A stretch of 64,000 nucleotides of DNA from Chrysomallon squamiferum (lineage: Eukaryota; Animalia; Mollusca), in assembly GCA_012295275.1 (NCBI GenBank), contig CM022665.1:8494001-8558000 (forward strand). The letters run 5' to 3'. Below the pieces are notes generated by a model that saw nothing but the letters and a program-made list of their open reading frames with translations, made no database searches and was not told where the DNA came from. Each line of letters opens with the position of its first letter. Position 1 is the stretch's first letter. Made by a program: the position numbers and the translations under genes. Below, piece after piece: positions 13,821-25,800 of the stretch.

Positions 13821-16800
13821 GAATAATAAAAGGAAGAAAATGAAATTAACAGAAAAACAAAAAGTAATAATAAAAAAAGACAAAGCAGATAGAAAAGAGA
13901 AACATTTTTTGAAATGATTTTAAAAGAAAAGGTTAGATACTCACCCTTTCAAATTGGGCTTCTGACCAGGACCGTGATCTCTGGGCTGCTGTGCGTGTAA
14001 GAACTATTTTGAAGATGTGGAACATAACATCACAGTGAAGTATGCTGATGAGCGATGCAAACTGAGGGGTCAGTGGAGGTGGCACTGGTGGTGGTAAGGC
14101 TGTACGAACAGAATATATTTTACTTAATGATCACTTACAATTCTCTCTATGTATAGAAATTAAAAAAGGACAATTATTTTAAATTTATGTTTGTACCACT
14201 TTGTTACTATTACTGTTTGTGAACTAAGTTATTCATACAACATTTACACTGTAAATTAAAAAACTGAATGAAATTAAACCTAACATCATTACAATAAACC
14301 TAAAAAATGTAGTTACCTTGACTTTCATTGGCTTGTTTCTTTCTTTTCCTTTGTGCTTCTTCAGACTGGAAAAAAACAATAATACATAGTTAAAAATAAA
14401 ATATAATTTTAATTACTTTCTTTGTAATTGGATGAAGTTTATATTTTGAAAAAAATACAAGCTGCATAAATACTTAAAAATACAAATCTAGAATTTACCT
14501 TAGACTGTTCTGCCTTGGTGTAATGGTAGAAATAAGGGCAGTAAGTTTCATAGTACTCTTTTTTCAGATCATATTTTCCTTTTCCTGTTGAGCTAGGCTT
14601 TCTGAACAAAAGAAAAGAAAAAAGCACTCCTCTCAGTAAGTCACAATAAATAGTTTTAAAACTTCTGTGAAAAGTAAATTTTCAGTTTATATTACATAAA
14701 GAAACTACATAAACCAATGTTAAGATCCAAAACAAAATAACAAAAATTCACAAGCAAAATCAAAGAAATTACAATAAAATAAATAAATAAAAATAAAATC
14801 ACAAAAGGAAACAAGGCTCTATAATTAAAAAGAAAAATGACTGGCATTTATTGTTGGTAATAATTAAAAGAACCAAGTAAATAGTATACTTAAAACTGTG
14901 TATGCTAAGTATAAGATAATGTTTTGTTACCTGAATTCTGCAACCTCATTTACTACATCTTCCATTCCTGTTTCTGAATTTGGCTAAAAAAAAAAAGAAA
15001 AAAAAAAGTAAGTAAATATATATTTCAGTTTTAGGGCAACAACAGTGAATGATATTAAAGTAAAGTATAATTAATTTTTAGCCATTTTATCATGAAAAAA
15101 ATAAAGGGATAATATATTAACAGTTACAGCAACTGAAGAGTCTAGGATTTTATTTTCACTGATTATGATCTTCATTTTAATATAGGTTAGATACAGATTA
15201 CTTACATCCACTGGTAGACCTTTAGCTAGTTCACTATGAGCCATTGGCATGATACACAGTTGATGAACTATTTCTCTCTTAATAACATCTTGTTGTGTCA
15301 CTTTACCTACACCAGGAATATATCTTTCCTCTGGAAAAAAAAATAAAGAAAAGAAACTTTTAGTTTACAAACACAAAATAAATTCAATCATTTACATATT
15401 GCAATGGAAGGTCCAAATTAAAATGCATGATTTATTACTTACATTTAACAAGCTTGTTAATGAGAAAAAGAAGAAAAAAAAGAGAGAAAAAAAAGAATTA
15501 AATAAACTGACTTTCAAGATGAAACCATAACTTAGATTCAACTGATGATTCACTGAATGATAAAGGGTTAAGTAAATAACCAGAATTAAAACACTCAATG
15601 AAACAATAAATTTGTACCTAACAAAATAATAAGCAGATTGAGAAACTCCTCTGCAAGCATTACAGTCTGTCTAACTGAATCTTCTTGACCTCCTGGAATA
15701 TCATACTCCGGTCTGAAAAATACAAAACACAATTACTAAATAATTTTATTCACAAAAAACAAATCAGTCATACTAAAGAAAACAAACCTTAAATTACTGA
15801 TGCAAAAAAAAAGAAGAGTAAAATAACAACACTTCCCTCCCCCCCCCCAAAAAAAAGCAGCAATAAAGCACCAGAAGAAATTAGCAAACAAAAATAGGAA
15901 AGATTTAACTATAAAACTGTTTCTCAGGTACCAATTGTGAATGGTATCAGCAGTAAAAGGAATCAACTTTGTTATGTATCAACATAATATAGAATGGATG
16001 CTTATGCGCTTTAGTTTAGCTTAAGACTACAAAACTACAAATATTCAACATGAAGTAATATTCTTATTAAAAATAAAATCCAAGAAACATGTATTTACTA
16101 TAAAAAATATTCATGTTTGAACTTACTTGACCCAGTGGAGAAGATTGAATTTATTCAAGAGATGCACAACAAAATCATTGGGATTCAGCAGCGAAGCTCC
16201 AATCTACCAAAAATAAATCAATCATAATTCTCTCAATTTGATAATTTACTAAGATTCAAAATAAAATATAGCTATGAACAGCTAAAACACTCAGAACTTT
16301 AATTTCTAGAATAACTTGCACATGCACTGTTCAGACAAAAAGATAGCAACCTCTTAAAAATAATGTAAATAAGTTTTAAAATTTTCCTTACATATTGCCA
16401 TCATCTATAATACAAATATATACACTCTACCTCAAAACCAAACCAAAATAAAAGACAGCTCCACTAAGAGAAATAACAGTAACAGGATATTACCTGAAGC
16501 ATGAGAATATCTCTGTCATACATTTCTCCTCTACATCTGACATTGTGATAAAAAAATATCTGCAATAATAAAAGGAAAATAGTTGATTATTTATTCACCT
16601 ACTCTTCCACCATTTCAAGAACAAATGTTAGAAATGCTAAATATTTAAGTTTTTTTTAAAAAGTCTTGAATTTTTTTTTTTATTAAAACTGATTTCTAAG
16701 TAAAAGTTACACACCTGATTTAAAAGGGCAAATCCATTTCTCCTCCACATCCCTGCTTGAGTCTGAGCTATCATTACCTGTACACGAAGTGGTTGCTCAA

Positions 16801-19800
16801 TCAAGCTGACTGCTTCAAGTTTTTTCTTCAAACAATTAAAAAATAAATAAAATAAAATAAAACTATCTGTATAATTCTCAATCCATAATTATTTAATACT
16901 TTATAATGTATAAATCTTGATAAATATTTTTGGAAGACAATAATTATTATATTAATAATTATTATATGTAATAGAAGTTTGTCAGTACTGTTTTTCAACT
17001 TGGTTGTAATGTTCTTATTAAAATAATGAAGTGGAAGTTTTGCAGGGATAGGGCATTCAGGTAAATAGTGAACAGCATAATAAGTAGCCCTTTGTCTTAG
17101 CAATGGCACTGTTTCTGCGGCATAATGAACAGTTTTTCTGCAAATGTCAGGATGAAATCTGACAAATATTTGTACTTTTAACTGACAAATACAAATTAGG
17201 AATGAGATTTTGAAATACCCTCTGAATCACTGTGAAACTCCAGAGTAAGAATATTGATTAAAATGAATTTTACTTTGAAGATTATTATGTGTATTGAACA
17301 TTCAGATAATCAACAATGTCTTCACTTGGAGGAAACTGTTGCTTTTGACTGGATAAAAATGAGATAATTTTGGATAGGCTGGACAACTGAGGACTACTGA
17401 GGACACTGTCAGGCTTTGTAAAAGAGGTACCACCAGGCAGCTACCTGCAAAAATGGGTCTGTGGCAGATTTCCACCTTTACAGAACTATGTTTGGTGAAA
17501 TACCCTCTGAATCACTGTGAAACTCCAGAGTAAGAATATTGATTAAAATGAATTTTACTTTGAAGATTATTATGTGTATTGAACATTCAGATAATCAACA
17601 ATGTCTTCACTTGGAGGAAACTGTTGCTTTTGACTGGATAAAAATGAGATAATTTTGGATAGGCTGGACAACTGAGGACTACTGAGGACACTGTCAGGCT
17701 TTGTAAAAGAGGTACCACCAGGCAGCTACCTGCAAAAATGGGTCTGTGGCAGATTTCCACCTTTACAGAACTATGTTTGGTGATAGTTTTATCATGCAAA
17801 ATGACAATATATTTGTTTCAAAGCAAAATAAAAGCAAGACATAATAATAACATTATTTATTTAAAGAAACATTTTAGGAAGTTTCTATATAATAGGTGAC
17901 TTTGGAATGTGTGCGATACAGAGCCCAGACGAGCCAGTTCATCGCTATTCTGTGACGTTACAATGGATTCGCTGGACTCCCTACAAGAGGGAATAATAAA
18001 TTAATTAACAGTTTCTTGATTTCAAGTAAAAAAATAATTATACAAAGTGAAAAAAAAAAACAGGCTTCAATCCATGCATGTCAAACTTTTAAATAATTAT
18101 GGAAAATAATTAAAAAAGCAGATAAGAATATAACAAAATATCACTAAAGCTTAAAAAAAAAAAAAACACTTCCACTTTTAATAAACCAGTTATTCATAAA
18201 AGGTTTAGAAAATAATTAAAATACACTGCTTTTGTTTTCCCCCTCCACTTTATATAACTCTTCTTACATATTTATTAATAAATTAAGACTGTTTTTGGAA
18301 TGACCAATCTCTAAAACATATTTTCTATGTAACATTCATGGAGTCATACCTTTGTCATTAGTTCAGGTGAGTGAAATGTCAAGTCAAAGGTTTCCAGATG
18401 AAGATGCAATGCTGAAAATAAAATATTCTATATATATATATATATATGAAGTTTTTTACATCAAGTTTGAATATCACACACTTGTGTTTTCTGAAAAAAA
18501 AAATTTCACAAGAAACAAAAATAATATTAATATTAAAATATATATGTATATATATAAATGTATATATATCTACATATATGGAGAAAAGATCTTAATATTC
18601 ACAAGCTAAATAAAGACACCTTTAAAAAACTACTTTTATTAATTTGTTTGTATAAAGAATATAAACTTTTCACCAACACTTGCAGTTAAGCTAAACAAAA
18701 GGACTTACCAGCAAGAATTCTGGACAGAGGTAAATGAATGGAAACTGGCTGGCTGGAAACATCATATTTGATGCATTTTGTGACATGTCCAGCAACTATA
18801 AAATATTCAATTTAACACAATTTATTTTAATGGGAAACACTAATAAGAAAAGTACAAATCCTTTATCAGAAATTAGTTAAAAAGAAGTATAAATATAGGT
18901 AAAAGGAGAAAAAACATTATTTTTTCTTGTATGTGTTTTTACATATACATTATATACTTAGAGATGTTACATTTCAAACATGTATTTTACTTAAGAATCT
19001 GGAAATTCAAACTATCCTATAAATCTGATAAATTTAAAAGAACAAACATTATTTTTTCTTAGTGACAATTTCTGCTCATCCAGCAATAACTGAGATCCTT
19101 AGAACAGCAAGTGATCAACAGAGCATCTTGACTTTGTATATTGTCTGCGTAAATGACAAAGATATACATGAAATTAATACCTTCACACTTTTCTTTGTCT
19201 TTCTTTGTTTCTTGTGTCTGAGACAATGCTTCCAGTGTTTCTTTGTATGCCTCAATGAGTACAAATTTCTGTAAAACAAAGCAAGTACTTTATGTTTTAA
19301 TTATACATTAATAAATGCAATAACATGATAAAAATCAATTTACTAATAAAAAGAAATAATGCACAGGACAAAACAGAAATACGAATTCTATATATAGCTA
19401 GTAATTATCAAGTTTAGAAAAAATACTGTTTGAAATTTCAGAACCAAGTTTAAAACAACAAGTTAAAGAACGTGAATATTTTATCATTATTAATGAAAAA
19501 ATAATCAGATTTTGAGGACCTATAATTCTCACACACATTTCTAAGAGCTTCTGTTGAAATAAAAGAAAGGCATTATATAATTTTAAATTCTTTGTAATGT
19601 AAACTCAAAAAATAAACACAGTTAGTATCCATTTTAAAATTTAAATCCAATATTTCATTTAAATATTTATAAAATTACATTTTTTTTCCCCAATCATTAT
19701 TAAAAATTAATGTTTATATTAAGTAGTTATATCTGATTTCACTCACATCCATAGAACACCAGCGTGTGAAAAGTACAAGAGTATCTTCCAGTTTGAGTTG

Positions 19801-22800
19801 CAGATTGAAGGCACCTTCCCACTCAGGTTCAAACTCCAGATGTTGTCCTGTCTGTCGAGTTACTCCATCCATTCCCTTAATAAAATAAGACAGTACAGAT
19901 GAATTTATTATTTATACTGCTTTTTAAAACTCAATGAAAGAAAGAAAAGAAAAAACATTTCTACATTTTCATCACTTTAAATGAAGTTGAAACTAATTTG
20001 TTACTGAATAAAATAGTTCTGATGATTTTTAAACAGTAACTATAAAAGTGTAATATGCTTTATTAAACACTCATAAAAAAGTAAATAAAAATAAACCCCC
20101 CAAATAATTCGACTGGAACTGAAAATATTCCATTAATGTTGATAAAACAAAATGAACAATCATTCATTCATTAACTGATCTATAATACAGGATAAAAAAA
20201 ATGTAATAACATTTTTGGTATGGTGATTAAAACAACCAACAAATAAAAAAAATTAAAAAAAATTAAAAGAAGCACAAATATGAATAGTTAAAATTCTAAA
20301 TTTATCATAAATCAGGTAAAGCAAATTAATTTCTTCATTTTCTTTGTCAAATGATCAAACAAGGACCACAGCAGCTCAAACAAATGCTGCTGTATGCTGT
20401 AAGTTCTCACTTTGTCCAAAAGGTCTCATTCAGATTAAGTTTAAAAATATCCCCATCTTCCATGAAAAAAAAAAACACAAAAAAAAAAAAAAAAAACTAT
20501 CCAATATAAAAAATTTGAATTATATTAGTTATTATAAATTTTAGTTGACCAGCTAAATATAATAATGAATTCCAAATATCATTAGCTGATTACAAAATTT
20601 ACCTGCATAATTTTAAGCAACTCTAGGAGTGAAACAAGTCCATGCAAAAAGTTTGTGCGTAGTGGATCAGACCAGTCTTCTGGGTCAGTAGGTCTGGCCA
20701 ATAAGGCGTACCTGTTACAGACAAATAAAAGTAAAATATTATTAACATTTGTTTATTTATTTTTTTTATTTTTATTTTTTTACAAATTTTAAATAAAAAA
20801 TACAGAACAAGGATATGCTGATTTAACAAAATTTCTAACATTTTAAGAATTATTTAAAAAAATTAAATACTAATAATAGTAATAATAAACTAAAAACTAG
20901 AAGAAAACTTCTGTAGTAGTGTAACTTGATATGAGAATGACTTTAGACTATTAAAACTTGGTAGAAAATGTTCTGAAGTTAACAGGCAAAATGTTAATAA
21001 ATGCTATAATTAGTAGGTAAAATGTATATAACAAATAAAAGAAATTTTTTTTCATTTTTGCACATCATGTGGTTCAAATGTTGCCGGTAACACACACAAA
21101 CACACATGCACACATACACACACAATATACTCATGCACATATACACACAGGTGTACTTACTTTATATCATAAAGCATGTAAGAAGCTCTCTTAAACGAAG
21201 GACTTCTATCATTTCTGTCAAAACAGAGGCGACCATCTTCTGCAATAATAAATAATGCAATTTTATGCCAATATTTAACAGAATTATTAAAGAAGTTCAT
21301 ATTTGAATGTTCTTTGTTTTTCTATTTTTCTTGTTGTTTTTCTTATTATATTATGTAATGAATGAAGATTAATACAATTAAACACTTGTCTGACATCTTG
21401 CTCACAGATTAGATTTGTAATAGTTTCAACATAAATTTTTTTAAATACACATTCTTGGTAACTGAAGAAAAAAAGACAAATACTTCAGTTCTTTTACTTA
21501 CTGTCTTTCTTTTGTTTACAAGCTGTCAAGAAAGACTGCAGTATGACTGTCAGCAAGTTGTACTCAATAATTAACCATCGGGCCTAAACAAAATAAAATA
21601 CATTTGTCAAAATATCTGTCAAAAACACATATGTAATCAACATTAAATATACAGACGTTAAATATTTAAAGTTTAAAATCTGTAATTGTTATAAAATGTT
21701 TAGAACATAGATTTCAGTTGCACCACTGAACTATTTAAATTTAATTTAAAAAAACCAAACAAATAAGTTAAAAGAACAGTAAGTAATTCAAAATAACAAA
21801 ATATTCAAAAACTACAAATCTGCAAATTAAAAAAAAAAAAAAAAAACTTTTATTCAGAATTTATTTCTCAGATTTTCCTCATTTGAAAATATTTGCAATA
21901 TAATAAAGTAACAGTGGTGTAGTTGATAATTAAAGAAAGAAATTAAAATGAAAATGATAAATGATGTGAAATGTTTCAGGCTGTTTTCCTGTTGTATTTT
22001 TTTTATTTTTTTTTTATTTTTACAATTTTAGGATTTTAATTTTTTTTTTTTTTACATTTAATTTCATCTTATGCAGGATTTTAATTTTACTTCATAATAC
22101 TAGGCCTGAATAGAAACACACACTTATCCACCCTCTAACCCAGTACCAATACACAAAACGAAAATAATAACTGTATTTAGACAAATATGCCTGTTATTGG
22201 AAATATTACTTATAAATGTCTTGAAAACCCCCCAACTATTATGACAAATAAACTCTGTGAGTATACTTATCTAAATATTAATTTGAAAACATAAAAATTA
22301 ATACTGATTGTGAACTGACCAAATACATGCAAATACCTGATGAACAAGTGCAAAGGTAAAATATAATGGTCATCAAAAAATAGGAGCAGGATAAAAAGCA
22401 AACAAGTTATTACTTTTTAATATGTATATTTTTAGAACTTTATGACTTTAAAAGAATATAAAAAGTAAACTTCAAATTTTTTCTTTCAAAGTTAAAAAAT
22501 AAATTATAATATAGTATTTTTTCTTTTAGAATTCAAGTTAATGGCTGTAATCACAGATTAAGAAAAAATATAAATAAAGAAATAAATAGGAAAAAAGAAA
22601 TGAAACAGAAAAAAAAAGAAAAAAGAAAAAAGTTTAAATTTTTAAAGAAAATAAACTGATCACAGAACACAACATATTAACACAAACAATTTTTTTTATG
22701 TATTTTTATTTATTTATTTATTTTTTGGGGGAATGTGTGTAAGGCAATGTGATAAAAGCATGAATAAAAAAGAAAATATGATAAAACAAAACAAAAAATA

Positions 22801-25800
22801 AATAAATGTTTTTTTTGTTATTTTTTAAATTTAAAAAAAGGAAGAAGAATAAAATATTTAAAACGATTTCAATGTTTGTAGCAGAACAGATCCAAACTCA
22901 TGGAAACATACAAACATATCATTAAATGTTTAACTCGATTTACAAAACAACCTACCAAAGTGGGAACTGTGAAAATTTGAACTGAGATAGAAGTTACAGA
23001 CACAGAGCGGTAATGGTCATCCTGAATAAACTCCTTCATGAGAGTTGCATAGTGCTAAAAAATAAGACAATATTTAAGATGAATGCCAGGAGTGCAGGAC
23101 GAGGAACAGACTTCTTTATGCAAAAATCTCCCATTCATCAAGGTGTCAAAACAACACACAGTAATGCAATGTGTTGTCTTTCTTTTTTGCACTATGATGA
23201 AAGGAAATCAAAGCCCCAGAGAAGTGTATTGGTGGGAAACTGGGATTGAGGTGGGTAAGTGTGCATTTATCAAATAGCAGACTTTTCCTTAAAAAAGCAA
23301 CGTTCGTCTTTCCTGCATACAGAACCGAATTAAAATGCAAAGTTTGAAATGATAAGAAAAAACAAATCCAACCAAAACAGCCTCTACATCATTCATGTTA
23401 ATAACCTAATGCTAAATAAGAGAGAGAGAGAAAAAAAAATGCATTAAAAAAAAAAATTCTGAGTGCCATATTTTGCTTGTTGCCATAGAGCAGGACAACA
23501 AATAAACCTACCAGACTGGGCACAGTAAATAATTGTACAGACAGAGACATAACGGAGACATCATGATCGTGGTCGTCGAGACAAAACTCTTTCATCAGTT
23601 GTTCATACCACTGTGAAGAGCAAAAAATTAGCTAAATATTTTCAATGTTCAGTTAGTGAAACATTTTTAATGACATCAGTATGAATGCAGATATAATATT
23701 ATTCTCTGCTGCCAAACTGGACTTTCCTGCTGTTAAAAATGGGATTAAATGTAATTGTTAAATAATTAATTATACAGGAATGGTGTTTATTTAATTTTAA
23801 CTATAAAAAATTTTAATTTTTAAGAAGATAATATATAATAATACTGTGAACTTCAGCAATTAAAATCCAATAAATATGTTCAGCATTAATTCAGAATCTT
23901 TTTCTTCTTCACTAATTTTTAACTTAGTGCTGAAAAGTTACAAAAATATTTTAATTTAATTAAACACCACTCCTGTCATTCATGAATTCTATAACTGAAT
24001 TCCACCAGTAAATCCTTAGAGTATCTGTTCAAGTCTAAATAGGTCACAAAATTATACAACTTTCTTACTTTGACAAACTATTACTGAATTCCATTTAACA
24101 AAGTTGTACATTATTTCTGTATGTTAAAAATAAATCATAGGATACAACATTTCCATATTTCTTTCTGTTCACTAAACTAATTAATATATAAATGTTAAGG
24201 ATATGCAGGCAAAAAACACTGTTTTTTTTTTTTTTTTTTTTTACCTAATCTCTTTTAAATGTATCTGTAGTTTATCTGTATTGGGACGCTAAAAATTTAG
24301 ATTTAACATTTCCTGCATATACTGAAATGCTTAATTAGAAAACAGAACCAATTTGGAAATATTTTACAGATAATGAATGAAGTTTTATCTTAATAAGCAG
24401 AATAAAACAAGTACTGTATAATACACAGAACTAGAATACAATTGCACCATATCTGATTAAAGTTTCATACATATAAAAATTACAAATTTTAATACACAAA
24501 TCAAAATATTGTCACAAAATAATAAATATAATAAATAGTTTTATATACAGTAACTTTTAGAGGAAATATAAACTTTTGATCTTTAATAGGCTAGTTTTTC
24601 TTGGTAAAACAAATGCACACTTCCCCATCAAAACCTAAACCTTTGCTTTTAAAATCAAAGATGCTAAAAACCATAAAAAATATTTTAATTTAATTTTTTT
24701 GTAACAATCTAATATTTAAAATACTCAGAAAATACTGTAACTATTTATTTAAAATTGAAAATCTTTAGAAGAAAATATCTTTATCCTTTAAGTATTGGAA
24801 CATTTGTTAAGAATATGAAAACATTTCTGTTAAGACAAAAATGGATTTGTGTTTCATAATCTTTAACGATTTATTCACCATATTTAAAATGTTTAAAGAA
24901 AGTAGTTTTAATTAAAATGTAAATGATTTACCTTTGTGAACATGCCAGCAAACATCTTTTTACATTCTTGATCCATGAGAGCTCTGTAATAAGAATTTTT
25001 AAAAATATTTCTTTCTTAAAAACTTATTACCTGTTAAATCCAGAAATTAACAAATAAATAATTTTCACATCAAATTATGTATGACCTTTTTGATCATTGA
25101 ATAAAAATTATAACAGCAATTAAACACTTTTATTCACTGTGATTAACAAATCACCTGATAAGGGCAAATTTTACTCATAAATTAAAAAATAAAAATATAA
25201 AATACTCATAACTAAGTTCTTTCACGTTAATATTAAAAAATAAATAAAATAAACAAAACTATACTGTGTTTGTTTTAACTTAACTTACCCAGCCATAAGA
25301 AGTTGATGGATTTTAACACGAACAACTGAAAATAAAAGAAAGAAAAAAATAATAACAACTTAATTTTTATACCAAAAATCCTCCAACAACAACAACAAAA
25401 CAGTGCAACATTTAATCATAAACAAAATGTTAAATAACCTTATTTAAAATGAAGACCAACCTTTCCAGAGTCGTGTGTCAGCTAACAACACTCTCTCCAT
25501 TAGTGATAGTGGTTCATCATTTTCATCAGTTTCCATTCCATCTGATAGGTCTTTTTTTTGTGGTGCTTTCATTGACAACAAACAGAACAGACGCCTTAAA
25601 CCATCTGATAGAGAAATAAATAATCAGTTGTAAAATAAAAAAATTTTAAAAATAAATAATAAAGATTACCTTAATTTTAATTATTTCTCACTTGAATTTA
25701 TTTTTCTTTTCATATGTTAAGTTCCTTTTAGGAAACAAAAATAATTCTTTAATATCTATTAAAAAATAAGAATTATAACAAAATGTTACCTGATTGTGAA

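Noticed and set aside
25150-25170. Partial miRNA-like matches (ctgataagggc here, aggcaaga near 44418, tggaatgta near 62268)
   Set aside because: Only short partial matches to miR-184, miR-31 and miR-1, with no full mature sequence or precursor hairpin.
25538-25611. ctatcagatgg repeated 63 nt apart in exon 9, a possible in-frame internal acceptor
   Set aside because: The internal copy is preceded by an A-run rather than a pyrimidine tract, and using it would delete conserved residues (GLRRLFC).
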